Origin: Octopus bimaculoides
Lineage: Eukaryota
Length of the DNA: 64,000 nucleotides
Direction of reading: 5' to 3'
Assembly: GCF_001194135.2 (NCBI RefSeq)
Contig: NC_068981.1
Coordinates: 38,231,727 to 38,295,726 of the forward strand
Part shown: positions 23,193 to 36,413 of the stretch, in pieces
Layout of the letters: every line of letters starts with the position of its first letter
How positions within the stretch are numbered: position 1 is the first letter of the stretch
Notes under the pieces: model-generated
What the model was told of the DNA's origin: nothing
What the model saw: only the letters and a program-made list of their open reading frames with translations
Database searches by the model: none
Translations under genes and position numbers: made by a program

Positions 23193-24539
23193 CAGCTCCA
23201 AATATCTCTGATATTCCTGTTTCTACATAATTAATGTAGAATAGTTACGTTTCCTTATGATTTTCATGAAATGAATAATTTTTGGTAAAATAACCTTGAA
23301 AAATAGTTTTATTTAATGCTATTTAAAATTTGTATCAATGGAAACATTTGAGGTAAATTTTGAATAAAAAATTGTTCATATTGAATTTTAGCTTAACAGA
23401 AGTATAATTCTGTCTAACTTATAGTTACATTTTTTCTATTACTTGATCACAAAAGAAACTATATATATTTTCCCTTTGGTCAAATGAAATTTTTATGAAG
23501 ATAAGTTTCATAATCTACTTCATTTTTGCATGCTTTAATTCTACCCATTTCTTCTATCAATAAATTATGTTCCTTTGGAATATCAAAGCAAAACTATCAA
23601 TACAATCTACTCTTAATATTTTGTTATTCCCACCTGTCAAAGCTTTGATACAATAAGATAGAAATCCTTTGCAGAGACTATGTTTTTTTGTCTTTTTTTC
23701 AACAGAGAAACTAGAGGCAACCAATTTTTTTTCATTAGTTATTCTAAATTCTGATAAAAATATTATAAAAGTATAAAAACATGAAAACAAATAAAAAGTA
23801 GTAAAGATTAAAGATTAACAAAAAATTATCAAAATAAAATATCTTCAGCTTTCTCTTTTCATCTTTTATATATAAAAAATAATGGATATAAGTGAAAAAG
23901 CTATTCAAAAACCTGTTTCAATGGCTGTCAGAAAACGTCTTTCTGATAGTGAAAATGAAATCAAAATGTCTTCAAGACATACATCCTACATATAATCTAT
24001 ACTTCCGAAGGCACATTTCTTCATTTACAGATTTCTTAGCTAAGAATTCAAAGATATTACAATATACTCAAAGTATAAAGAAAATAATATTACAAATAAT
24101 TTTTCTTTTTTGCTGTCAAATTAATCAACTTTTGTCTTTTTTTTTTCAAGTCTTTTTTTTTTTTTGTACATCGTTTTCAAATAATTGTCATTGAGTAAAA
24201 TTAACATACAAGTTTATTTCAGTTTTAGTATTGCTATTGTCATCACAATTGTAATTTTTTAAAAGATAAACATGGATTAATTTAGTCGACAATTCTTCTT
24301 TTCAATTATCTCAAACATCAGTTAATACCTTCTGTAGAGCAAAAATGTTACAAATGGCCGACTGGCTGGCAGTTCTAAAGAAACTTAAATCAATTTGTTG
24401 CTTCCCCAACTCAGTTCTTCCTGTACAGTTTGACTAATTGAGATTGTTCAACTTCCATCATTACAAACCTACTTACACAAAATTTTAATTACCCAAATAA
24501 TAATAAATGTTAATTTTAAATGAATAGAGAATCAACTGT

Positions 24540-26010
24540 TTGATTTTTGCTTTAGATCTATGCTACATCACTTGTGGACACTGGCTCCAACTAAAGAGCA
24601 AATTTCCTCCAGACTGTGCAAGATCACATTGCACATACCAACTCTGAGATAGTGTCGCACATAAGTTCATAGACATGTCCTGACCACTAGTCTTGAATAT
24701 CTCCATGGGGTTGTCAAGATAATTACAGTGAAAGGCAGATCTGTTCAATGAAACAGTGGCTTTTGGATTATATATGTCTTTGTTTCATTGTCTGGACAAT
24801 GAGCAGTAAAAATCTATATAGTAACTTGTTTCACATATGATCAGCATAAGAGAGGTTGAAAATCTTGTTCAGTAGTTGAGGGTATGTGCTGTCTAGTGAT
24901 TGCTATTAGGCCACTGTAACAGAAAAGCATTAAGAGCTGTAAAGCAAAACAGATTCTACAGTAGCATGAAATAGGCATATTTTTAGGTCAAGTGGCAGTT
25001 GCAGTGCTTTCCAAATTTTTCATAGTTTGTTGGGTGCTAGCCAGGTTATCATTTCGTGACTGTAAACATCTATGCTAGTAGAGCAAATGTGAGAGCCCAA
25101 ATAGCAGAAATTAGCAATTGACTCAGTGGGCCCTGATGAAAGTCTAAGATCACCAACACAAGTATTTTCACCAATGATTATAGTCTTTGTCTTTGAGCAG
25201 TTTGTTGAGAAACTAAGGTCAATGGTAGTCAGCTCCAGGTGTGTCAGGAGAGTTTGAGCATTTGTGATTGTATGTGAGATGAGTGTAGTGTCCATCTGTG
25301 AAGTTGAGGTTAATAAGATACGATGTTTGATGACATCAACCTTAGCTGGGTTGGAGAGTTATAACTAGTTCAGATATCTTAGTCTAAGATTATAATGAAA
25401 AGGAAAAGAGTTGAGATGTCCCCTTACAGAACTTCTATTGCAAATGTGTCAGAGGTGCATACAAAGCTTTTGCAGTCTGCATAGATAATGTAGATAGTAT
25501 TTACAACTTCGTTTAGTATACTATAGGCAAAAAGAATCTGAAACATTCGGTCATAGTAGACAAAGGAAAAAGCTTTTGTAAAATTCACAAAGACAGGACA
25601 CAAAGATGTATTTTTCTTTACTGAAATAGTTCAAATCAGTCAGCAAAGAGTTAAAATAGATTCATGTATAGAGTATCCTTTGCAAAATCTACTTGGTTTG
25701 ATCTGAGTAGTGTTTTAATAGGGTTTGGGATGCAGCTGATTATGATACAGTTGAAGAGTCTGGCTGAGCACGACATCGCTCTAATGTCGTGGTATATGCC
25801 ATATTCTAATAGATATCCCTGTCTTGGCAAGGAATGATGCAGTTCAGCTTGAATTCTGATGGAGCTTGATAGATGATATAAGCAGAATTTAGAATAGGAA
25901 GACGTAAAAGAAGTAACTTTGGATTCCAGAGGACCTCTGGGAGCACACCATCTGCACCACTTGATTTACTAGTATTGAGCTGTTTAGCAGCAATTAATGC
26001 TTCATTTAAA
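24540..26010 (-). mobile_element. Decayed RTE-group LINE (RTEX-like), RT to C-terminus
   Basis: Minus-strand pieces KQLNTSKSSGADGV, FTKAF, VL*GDISTLFLFIIILD, ISHTITNAQTLL, NFCYLGSHI, LFHATVESVLLYSS and SLDSTYPQLL, in canonical order. Confidence 0.8.
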
Positions 26011-26349
26011 TTCCCCAGTTATTTGATTAGAGTGCTACAATTTAATATCAACTTCTCATAGTTAATTGTAATTTATTGTAAAACAAACAAACAATAGCTC
26101 ATGATATCAATGAACAGAATTTAGAACAATATTCGTTTTCATTAAGAGTTGCATATTATAGTGATTTAAGTTTTATGTTAAGTAGGTGTTTGACAAAGGG
26201 TTTATGCAAGCTAATTTTACTAGTTAGAGTTCAGAAGATAGATGAAAATGTCGTTCTCATAAGCCATAACAACAAGTATGTAGAGTAATTAGAGTATATG
26301 ATAATTTAGCCAAATCTAAGTAATAATGAAGAGATTGCTACTTGTAGTG

Positions 26350-26770
26350 GTACTATATCATATCAACTCTAATTGATTTGACTTTAGATAAAAAAAACCA
26401 TTCCTTCCATGGCCATTGCATCTATCTTTTTAAGTAGAGCACCTAGAATTATATTGTTAAATGTGTCCTTCCTTTTTTAAAGATATTTGGGTATGCTCTG
26501 AAAATTTGACTGCTATGTTTTACTGGAATCTTAGAAATTATCTCAATAGCTTGCAGGACTTATAAGTTTTTGCTGTTGTTTCGTTCCCAAGTTAACCTTG
26601 ATTGAATAAGGTTAAAGTCAAAAGGCATTTCAACCATGACCATCGCAACTTTTTTAAAATATAATATATTTTAGACTACACTGGTATGTTGTTTTCCTTC
26701 AGAAAGTAGGATGCTTGAAGGAGATTTGGTGGCAGCTTCTGGCAAATTGAGCGATTACATAAAAGCTTCT
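26350..26770 (+). repeat. Two tandem decayed copies of an unclassified dispersed repeat
   Basis: About 26350-26530 and 26575-26770 resemble each other and the reverse complement of 42190-42340. Confidence 0.5.
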
Positions 26771-27168
26771 TTATTGACTCATGGGTTTTTTGTGTGTTAT
26801 AATAAAATCTATGATGAAACACCAAAGTTACTTTGTTCCAAGAAAAAATTAAAAGGTGAAATGGATTTAATTTATTGATTCAATACATATTTGATTGAAG
26901 TCAACTTCCACAGAAATACCAAATGAAATCAAATATTTATTAACAACTTTACATTCTACATGAATTATAACAATGATAGTAACAAAGAAATAGAAAACTA
27001 GACCATTCATTTAAATTCTTCCTTCCAAAATAGATGTTATTTATAAGTATAAACTTTCTTGATATCATGTTGATATGTATATATTATTTGTAGAAATACA
27101 TAAATCTGGAAGAGAAGCACACTCTAAGATGTAAAGCAATTAATATTATAGTGGGATAGGCTGATTTA

Positions 27169-27223
27169 TGAGGTTACCTTGGGTTTCCCACTCATATGCC
27201 TTATGGCATATCTTCAGACCCCA
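27169..27223 (-). ncRNA. Type I hammerhead motif (left arm)
   Basis: Minus strand TGGGGT-CTGAAGA-TATGCCATAAGGCATATGAGTGG-GAAA-CCCAAG-GTA-ACCTCA. Stem I has 6 bp with one G-U. Core intact; base of stem II degraded. Confidence 0.65.
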
Positions 27224-27245
27224 AACACAACCGGCCAGCAGTGTT

Positions 27246-27308
27246 TGGGATCTGAAGATACGCTGTAAGGCTAAATACCTTATGAACAAGAAACCCAGGG
27301 TAACCCCA
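27246..27308 (+). ncRNA. Type I hammerhead motif (right arm)
   Basis: TGGGAT-CTGAAGA (27252-27258)-TACGCTGTAAGGCTAAATACCTTATGAACAA-GAAA (27290-27293)-CCCAGG-GTA-ACCCCA. Inner hairpin GTAAGG/CCTTAT. Confidence 0.65.
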
Positions 27309-27744
27309 TAAGCTGGTCCATCCTACTATAATATATATGTGTGTGTGTGTGTGTGTGTGGTATGCGTAATGATAATAAGGAGAATGAAGAATTTGAACAT
27401 TCAAAATTTGTTTATTTCCAGTTACTTTATTCATAATAATTGTCCAACATGTTTTTCAATCACATTAATTGCATATTGTTGCATATTTATATGCAATGGT
27501 TTATGCATTATTAGTACGATCTCTTCAGGGTATATAAGTATGGCATTGTTTGAAGAGGAATTTTCCTCCATTATTAGTTTGAATAAGGCCTGGTAATAGT
27601 AGTAAACCTACTAGCAGTAAACAGCTCATTGATAAAAGTCATGGTTTCACAAACACAATACACCAATCGGCCTAGGAATTAAAAACATGATTCTAACAAC
27701 TAAGCTATGTGGCCTACACACACACATACATACATGATGGCCAT

Positions 27745-29985
27745 CCACTCGTGACTGAGGAAAACCATTACTAACCTTTTGGAACATTGTGCGCTCAAGA
27801 TTGCCTTATACTTTACATTTGTAACTCTGTTGGTGACTAACAAGCCCTGCTCCTGACAAGCATTCATGATTGAAAACATTGCAGACCAAACTTTTCCTAT
27901 TCATTACACTAGCAGTGTCTTTTCAAGCTGCTTGCTTAAATTCATCATGAAGAATACATGCTGTTTCAAAGGTATCAACTCTCTCCTTTACCTGTTTCCT
28001 CCATCCGTGGTGAGGACAAACATTGCTCACCCAGTTAGCCTCCTGAATTTCACAGGCCTTTAATGAGAACTTTATTCAGTCCTGAAATTGCAGTCTTGGT
28101 TTCTGCCAGAGTCACTTTCCATTAACAAGTTCCCCATATAGCATTTGTTTGGGGATCCTGCTATCGTTCATTCTAACAAGGAGTCCAGTCCAACATAACT
28201 GGTATTTGTGCACCATTGCCTCAATACTCAAGACATTGGCTTTCCTCAGGACCTGTGCATCTGGAGTTTTTAAGGTCCAGCCAATATTCAGAATGTGTCT
28301 CAGACGTCTCTGATGGAAGTGTTGAAGAACCTTTACATGATGTTTGTAAAGAGTCAATGTCTCACACGAGTAAAGGAGTGATGTCAGTACACGTGCATGG
28401 TACACAACAAGTTTTGTTTGCCTTGTGATGCCATGCTGAGACCAGACATGAGACTCAAGAGACCTGAAGGAATCAGTTGCTCTCTGCAGCCTAAAAGATA
28501 TTTCATCATCTAGGGAGCAAGAATGGCTGAGTGTGCTACCCAGGTTGACAAACTTGTCTACTACTTTCAGTATTGTTCCTTGAACAAAGATAGCTGCTTC
28601 CACATATGGGTTTCCTGGTGAAGGCTAAACATTAAAATAGTGTTGTCCAGGTTAATGCTAAGTCCAAATGCCTTGCAAGAAGCAGAAATATGATTCACAA
28701 GTATTTGCATATCATCGGCTGTATGAGAGACTAAGTCACAGTCACCTGCATAAAGGAGGTCATGAATAAGAGACTGAGAAACTTTTCAATTGGCAACAAA
28801 TTGATGCAGGTTAAAAAGGCAGCCAGAAGATCAATACCCAACATATATCCCAGGAGAGCTGTCCACAACAAAAGCATGAGTAAGAGTAGCAGCAATGTAC
28901 AGAGAAAAGGGAGTTGGGGCAAAGATGTCACCCTGCTTGACACCATTCTCTACAAGAATGGGTCCCGCCATGCCACCATCAACATTGACCCAAGCCTCCA
29001 TCACATCATGAAATGATTTGATTATTGATACAAAGTGATCTGGACATCCAAGTTTGCCAAGTATTTTCCAAAGGGAGGCTCTATTCACAGTATCAAAGGC
29101 CTTAGTTAAATCAATGAATACCTGGACAAGATCGATATTCTGCTCATAGCACTTCTCCTGCATCTGTCTTGCTGTGAAAATCCTATCCATTGTTCCTTTT
29201 CCAGAATGGAAACCGCATTGAGATTCAGATAGGACATAATTTACAAGACACCTATCCAGGCAGGTAAGAAGAATACTTGCCAGAACCTTCCCAGCAGCTG
29301 ATAGTAGAGTAATATCTCTGTAGTTGTCACACTCTATTCTGACTCCCTTTCCTTATAGTGAGGAAGAATAATTGCACCCTTCCAGTTCTTAGTTATTGCA
29401 CCATTGCTCCAGAGAACACTAATAAGTTCATGAAGGGACTGTGTGATGTGATCACCACCAAATCACAGGACCTCAGCACAAATACCATCCTTACCAGGTG
29501 CCTTACCAAGATTCAGTTTACTTATTGCTGTCATTGCCTCATCTATTGAGGGCATGGAATTTAAGGAGCTAATGACAGGTCTTTGTTGCAAAGTGTCAAT
29601 CACTGCTTTGTCTACAACTGACTCACAGTTTAGGTGTTCAGAAAAATGTTCAATCCAGTGACCTGTGGTCTCTGTTGATTTAGTAAACAGAGTAGAAGAC
29701 TCCTTGGAAAGCAAAGGAACTGATGTAGAGCTCTTAGGCCTATAAACTTGCTTCATAAGATAGTAAGGTTACTTGCTGTCATTTGCATCAGCAGCAGCCT
29801 GAACATCAATAGCAATATCCTCCCACTAGGTGTTCTGCATCTTCCTGAGAGATCGCTACAGTAGAGATTTTACACTGCTGTAGTGGGCAAGTGCTAAATT
29901 TCACTGCACAATTGAAAGTCCTCTGTGCAGTAATACACTGTAGGAATGATGCTTCAAAAATCTCCTCATGCCATAGTATTTTCAA
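27745..29985 (-). mobile_element. Decayed RTE-BovB-like LINE, 5'-truncated
   Basis: ORF-track pieces LNLGKAPGKDGI, FIDLTKAFDTVNR, NGVKQGDIFAPTPF, FVNLGSTLS, LLYSCET and RIPKQMLYGEL. C-terminal degenerate finger VCNVFNHECLSGAGLVSHQ. UTR ends GGATGGCCATCA. Confidence 0.95.
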
Positions 29986-30477
29986 TGCTTGATAAACATA
30001 CAAACATACATACACACACACACACACACACAAACAAACGCACACACACATACACATACATACATACATACATACATACATACATTTCCCTTTATAGAAG
30101 TGATTTGGGTGGCTGACTTGGTAATATGTCGGGTGAAATACATTGTGGTGTGTCTTTCCTTTATATTTTGAATTCATATGTTGTTGGCAGGATCTATTTG
30201 CCTTTCATCCTTCTGTGGTCAATAATAAATGCACCAGTTGCTATTTCACACCAGTTTGTCCATGGTTGAGCAGATCTATGTTCAAAAGCATTTTGGCCAT
30301 GACCATTTGTTTTAAGGTTAAGTAGTACTGCATTATGCCCCAGTCATATGTAGATTTGAAGTAATCTATTTGATTTAATCTTCTCTATATCCCCTTCACA
30401 TACAGACAAAGAATGCTTGGAATAATGCCAAAATTTGAAATTGATATATATATGTATATATATAGTACTCTTTAGAC

Positions 30478-30495
30478 CAGTGGTTTCCAATCGTT
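30478..30495 (+). mobile_element. Possible hAT/Charlie-like left TIR, one-ended
   Basis: CAGTGGTTTCCAA preceded by CTTTAGAC, similar to the Charlie-type TIR and target. No partner TIR found. Confidence 0.25.
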
Positions 30496-30807
30496 TTGCC
30501 TTCATAACAACTAGAGATCAAATAAAAATTACTGATGCAATTCAAACAGAAAGTTTCAAAAATAAAAACAGCTTAAAGTAAAAAATTTAGAAAGAAACAC
30601 AGAAAACTATTAGTCTCCTTGTTTTTTTAATCATACTTCGATAAAACAAAATTATGAATAACATACTTTTGAGATGTTCAAGCATTAATATAATTTTTTC
30701 TAAAGCCTTCAATTATATTTATATAAATACTCAATGCATCAAGATGTTCTTTATGGTGCACCAACTAAGTCATGATATATCAGTTAAGTGCCACAACTTT
30801 TAATACA

Positions 30808-30864
30808 TGTCATCATCATCATCATCGTTTAATGTCTGCTTTCCATGCTAGCATGGGTTGGACA
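30808..30864 (-). mobile_element. Very short RTE tail
   Basis: (TCA)n followed by CGTTTAATGTCTGCTTTCCATGCTAGCATGGGTTGGAC. Confidence 0.8.
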
Positions 30865-32818
30865 AGTATGTTGGGTAAATATGAATTTAAGGCTATGAAC
30901 TACAAACCAAGTAATTAGCGAATAAGAATTATAACTACAAGCATAGAGAGAAAGTAATTTCAATGATAAAGAGACTTAATCGATTAGTTCTTGAATTTTA
31001 CTGTAGATATAGTGCTGAGGGATTAGCCATAGACATGGTATAGAAGAGGATAGAGACAATAACCAATGGAAATAAACAATTGCATGAGGATAAAACTAAG
31101 AGAAAAGGATTAAAAGTATGAAACAAAAGGATGTGAAGAGTGAAACTATATATATTAACATTTTGGAAGGTATACTCTAGTTCACGTTGTGATACCGAAT
31201 TATCAAAAACTTTGTAGCAGTCAATAAATTTAGCAAATCAAATATAACCAGGATTTTATAAGTTTTGTTCTGCAATATTGCAGGTATTTACTTTCTTATC
31301 CCTTGATTAATGAATGATCAAATTGTTCTGGACATAGATCAAATTCTATGCACATTTCTTCAATTAGCTAGTCTGGATTATGATTCTACAAATGATCCAT
31401 AATTCTTCTTGCTAAGTGATAGTATTAAGAATAATTAACTTCATGACAATAATGATTATAACATTCGTTAAATAATAAATATTCACTTAAAAACAATTAA
31501 CGACATTGGAGTTTTATTGCATTCATAAAAACAATCAATCATATTAATTTAAATGCATACAGGGATTTCCTTTTACATTATAAATATTCTGAAACTAAAT
31601 TAATAGTAAAATATTAAATTTAAAAAATATCAATTCTTAAAGTATTTAAGTAAATGTGCATAGCAAAATGATGTAAACTTTGAATTTTACAAAAATTTGA
31701 AGTAAAATAAATATTCCTTAAATATTAATATATAAGTTGCAGATTGCATTATACCAGGCCAAAGTGTAAATATTAAGGACTTTAGAACTAACTTCTTTCC
31801 AGTATTCATTATTCTTTTTTTTTTTTTTTCAGAAAATTAAAGAACAAATATAAAGAAGAGGTCAAAGTAAATATGCAACTTTAGCAAGTAGTCATACGTT
31901 TTTTAATTTATTTTTGCTATTTCCCTGCTGATACACATCCTCCCACCGCACTTCACTTCCTTATTTCTTTCTTCCTCTCTTTCTTGCAGACAAAACTAGC
32001 ATTATAGATATCACATTGCATGACAGATTTACTCTTTAAATTATAGTAGTAATTTTGCTATAAGCAATAGGCACTTCAAAAAGCCAGCTGGTTATGACAG
32101 CAATAAGCTAACCATTCAGCAGTAGATTATCATGTAATAAGCTCACTAAGAAGGGGCTAAAAACTAATTTGAAAATGGTGGAAAGAGTCTGCAGTATTGA
32201 TTTTGAGATAGTTTTTATCCAGTCATGTTTAAGAAGCATTTTATGAAGGGACAAGCTATTGAAAATTGACATTCATCATCATAGCAATCCCAAAGAAATT
32301 TTGCCAAAACTTAGGTTCTATTAATGAGAAAAAAATTGATAAAAATATAGAAAATAAAAAAAGACTTACACATAACAAGAATCGTTACAATTCTGTTTCA
32401 GTGAATAAGAATTAAAGAATATAAAGTGAAATATATGCAAGGGGGTGGGAAATTGATCAAACAATATTCAGTAATAGAGTTCAATTCAACATGTTACTTC
32501 TATTCTCAACAAGATCATTGATAAATGATTGCAAAATGTTTGAATGCATAAACCTTTTTAACAGATAAGTGAAGTTTTGTAGAATTAATAGAATTTAAAT
32601 GTGGTCTAAGGCAATAAGGCAAAGAATCAAATACTTTCACATAAGTTAGTGACATACTAAAATATACATCAAGTAATGGAATATTATGTAGATACAGTAA
32701 TTTTATTTCAGTTTCCTGGGGTGTAAGTTAAATATTATTCTCATTTATCTATCTCAATCCACCAATCTATAAATGCTACCCAGTCCTTCTTTATATTTCC
32801 AAGAAACTTAAAATATTT

Positions 32819-33022
32819 GCTGGCAGAACCATAACCATATCAATCAAAATACTTAGCGATATTTTGTCCGACGTTACATTTTGAGTTCAAATTCTGCCAA
32901 GGTCAACTTTACCTTTCATCCTTTCAGAGTCAATAAATAAGTACCAATTGAGCACTGGGGTTGATGTAATCGACTTACCCACTCCCCCAAATTGCTGGCC
33001 TTGTGCCAAAATTTGAAAACAA
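32819..33022 (+). mobile_element. tRNA-derived SINE (family C)
   Basis: GCTGGCAGAA...GAGTTCAAATTCTGCC...CTTTCATCCTTTCAGAGTCAATAAATAAGTACC...GGCCTTGTGCC. Confidence 0.82.
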
Positions 33023-33296
33023 TATTTTAAAGAAACTAACCAAATCCACCAGTAACACTAAATACAACATGCACATATAACATAAAATTCATAGTTTACA
33101 CAGAAGACTTTGTAAACAAATCCAGACAAGCTAAAGCAACATTTTAAATAACTACAAATATCACATTTCACTGGCAAAAAGATGCAACAATATTTGTCTA
33201 CAAACAATATATTAAATGAATAAATTAGATATAAGATATAACGGATTTAATTGGCTCCCAATCGTTCTGCAACAAATCATATTAGCTGCAAACTTT

Positions 33297-33620
33297 GAGC
33301 CTCACAGAGGCAGTGACAAGTGACTGAAACCATTGGCAATATACTGTGCTTGAGAAGACCTGTCAAGCCAAGTGAGATCACATCTGTGGCTGATGCCAGT
33401 GTTTTGTAACTGGCACCCGTGCTGGTGGCATGGAAAAAGCACCTAGTAAACTCTTGAAATGGCTGGCATTAGGAAGGGCATCCAGCTTTAGAAACCATGC
33501 CAAATCAGATTGGAACCTGGTGCAACTTCCCAATTTACCAGTTTTCAGTTAAACTGTCCAACCCATGCCAGCATGGAAAACAGACGTTAAATGATGATGA
33601 TGATGATGATGATGATGATT
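33297..33620 (+). mobile_element. RTE LINE 3' end (ORF end, UTR and (GAT)n)
   Basis: LSLTEAVTSD*NHWQYTVLEKTCQAK*, then the UTR and 9-10 GAT units. Confidence 0.85.
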
Positions 33621-33882
33621 GTACAGGTATGCACAATATCAATGATAAATGCAGGACAGCAACTGCTGCATGCTTAATTCATTACAGACATACAAAAAAA
33701 GTACCCTGGATGATAGAAAAGAGTAACATACTTCATTTTAAAATGTACTGCATGATATACATAGAGAAAGGATCCCTAGATCTCAGATATTTTTTCTGAA
33801 TCTCCTTGATTATTTTAATGTGCTTGTTCCCTGGTATTAAATTGATATTAATCAATATCCAATTTTTTACCCTAATGTTTTA

Positions 33883-33924
<42 letters not shown>

Positions 33925-35589
33925 ATGTATATGTATATATATCCAAATTGAGTGGGTAAATTAGGTAATACTCAGGCTACATATTCCTTCTAGCTAGCAA
34001 ATCCTGTGGGTAATAATTTTTAAAATCCTGTCTTTGGTAAGTTAACTTGGGATTCTCAAATGACAATATAATTAAGGTACCTTCAGTCTGGTGAGTAGCT
34101 CGCTGAGTAAACCTTGTTGAGTAATTATTTCATCAGAAGATCTGCCAGCCAGGAAACATATGTAGCCAGTATTTTACCTGCTCCACTCCCTCAATTTGAA
34201 TTTTTATTTGCCTTCATCACAACTCTAGTTCTTAAACATAAACTATACGTGTGTGTGTGTGTGTATGTGTGTACAATAAACTCTCTTCACTGGGTCTAGA
34301 GAGTTGCTTGATTGAATTTTCTGGATACCTGATCCTCACTCTTTAAATTACCATAGCATCTTATAAAGTTCATTAAAACACAACATATGCAATAAGTATT
34401 ATCGTTAGTAATCTAAATATAATAGAAATGAGAGAAATATGAAGAAATAAATGTGTAATTTAAGTAATGAACAAATTTTATTAACCTAATAAAACACAGG
34501 AACTGCAAATGCAGTAAAGTAAAATAAAACACTCTACTTTTGAAAAGCAACAATTCATTTTAGATACAGTAGAAACTTCCTTTTAATAGCAATTAATTAA
34601 CTCATATTAGCACAAACTCTCTTTATACTAATTAATACAGTTTCTGTCCAATAAAATATACATCACTGAATAATAGACTTTTGTTTTCCCAAAACGTTGA
34701 AACTACAGATGCCATGATGCATCTTAGATCTTGTTAGCCATCTAAATGGGAATGTTCACTATTCTTGACTCTTCATTTTCTTCTGAAAATCCTTCAGCTT
34801 CTTGATTATTATGGGGCCTGAAATACATGCTCTTTCTGGTCTTTTAATTGGAAACTAGCACATCCTGCCTGATGTGCTAACGAGGCAATAGACAAAATTA
34901 TAACTATCCCCTCAATCTATAAATATGTGTGTGTGTGTGTGTTTGTGTGCGTGGGTATGTGTGAATTCAATTTTAGTGTTATTAGTAACATGCAACTCAG
35001 TACAAATTGTCCCTTGTTCCCACTTGCAACTAAACTGATAACTTTACAAAACCTGCTTGGCTTTTGTTTGAGACTCTGTAGGATGAGAAACAAAACTTGT
35101 AAAATGCCAGATTAACGCAGTAGAGTGAATGGTCTTCCAGCACGTGGGATTGAAAGACTCTTAGTCTTTGTTTAGACATTGTTTAGACTCTCTGAAAACA
35201 GGAACACCTGTGACTTTGTTTGCTTGCAATGATATAGATGAGTTCTTTTGGGCAAATGCATATGTTGTTTAGAGAGAGGCATTGGCGGTATACAGGGTAT
35301 TTCCTTGCTTCAAAAATTTTAGGCACAGACATTGCTGTATTTTAAAACTCTCAGTTGTGTGTTGCATATGATGGTCATAACTGAAAAAAGAGAAACATTT
35401 CATAAAATATTCCTCGGTGGAATAAAGGTATATGTCAGTGTTGGTGATAAACTCTGAACACCTACTGCAAGAGGTGTGCATTGTTGTCACATTTGTGCAA
35501 AAGATTGTAGGTACCTGGCAAGACTGTAGTGCCACTTCTCTGCTGCTCATGTTTAAGAGAACAATACGGTGATGACATTGCTCAAAATC

Positions 35590-35820
35590 AAGTTGCACCA
35601 AGCTCTACTGTCTGCTTTGGTGCATGGTTTCTATGGCTGAACGCCCTTTCTATCACTAACCACTTTACAGAGATTCCTAGGTACTTTCAAGGAACAAGGA
35701 GGTTGTTGTAAGTGGAACGGTACAGAGGATTGAACAGGGTGAGTGGGAAAGACATTCACAAAAGTGTAAAGTGGGAGGTAGGAAGAGAAGGGGAATGTTG
35801 AGAGTGGAGAACATAGGTGT
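35590..35820 (-). mobile_element. Decayed RTE 3' UTR fragment nested in a mariner
   Basis: catggtttctatggctgaacgccctttctatcactaaccactttacagag matches the tail family, followed by a purine-rich plus-strand segment. Confidence 0.6.
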
Positions 35821-36137
35821 ATCAGGAACTGAACTTGGAAATACTCTGTCACTCACCATATTCACCAGACCTTGCACCAACTGACTAGGCATTAGACAAT
35901 ATTCTTCAAGGAAAAAAAATCAAATCTGAAGAAGATGCAAAAACAGCTTTTCATGATTTCATCACCTCTTGCTCTCCAGAATTCTTTGTTGCTGGCACAA
36001 ATAAGCTACCGATAAAATGGCAAAATTGTTTTGATAATTTAGGTGCATATTTTGATTAACTGCATTGCTTTTTGTTGAGATAAAGTAAAATAAACTTTCA
36101 GTTCAAAATCAGACATTTCCTTCTTAATGACCTGATA
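35821..36137 (+). mobile_element. Mariner 3' fragment with right TIR and TA
   Basis: QELNLEILCHSPYSPDLAPTD*...KWQNCFDNLGAYFD*. Ends CTTAATGACCTGA-TA. Aligns with 7271-7620. Confidence 0.9.
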
Positions 36138-36377
36138 TATATATATATGGGAAGAACCATTTCAACGATGCGTACTGCCTTAATTCTTCGAAACACCGGT
36201 GTTTTAATGGTGGCAGCTGATGAAGATGTTTCTATGTGGCTTGCTTGTTTGTTGTACCTTGCTTATCATTTTGTCCATGTTCTTTTGCCACGTCATGTAC
36301 CCAGTTTTGTATCTATATGTACATGTAGATGAAGGTATGTACATACATGTACATATATATGCATATACTCATATATT

Positions 36378-36413
<36 letters not shown>

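Larger units (their letters stand above)
27143..27334. repeat. ~190-bp imperfect palindrome of two divergently oriented hammerhead motifs
   Basis: Arms 27143-27228 and 27241-27334 are reverse complements, e.g. TATCTTCAGACCCCAAACAC and GTGTTTGGGATCTGAAGATA, around a 12-nt spacer AACCGGCCAGCA. Confidence 0.9.

Noticed and set aside
31955-31995. Strong polypyrimidine tract and CAG at about 31989
   Set aside because: All three downstream frames stop within about 16 codons and no donor is evident.
36184-36230. GAAACACCGGTGTTT palindrome followed by CTGATGA, as a possible type II hammerhead
   Set aside because: No stem I hairpin can form, and stem II pairs only by consuming the core GA. The upstream CTGATA is the mariner TIR end.
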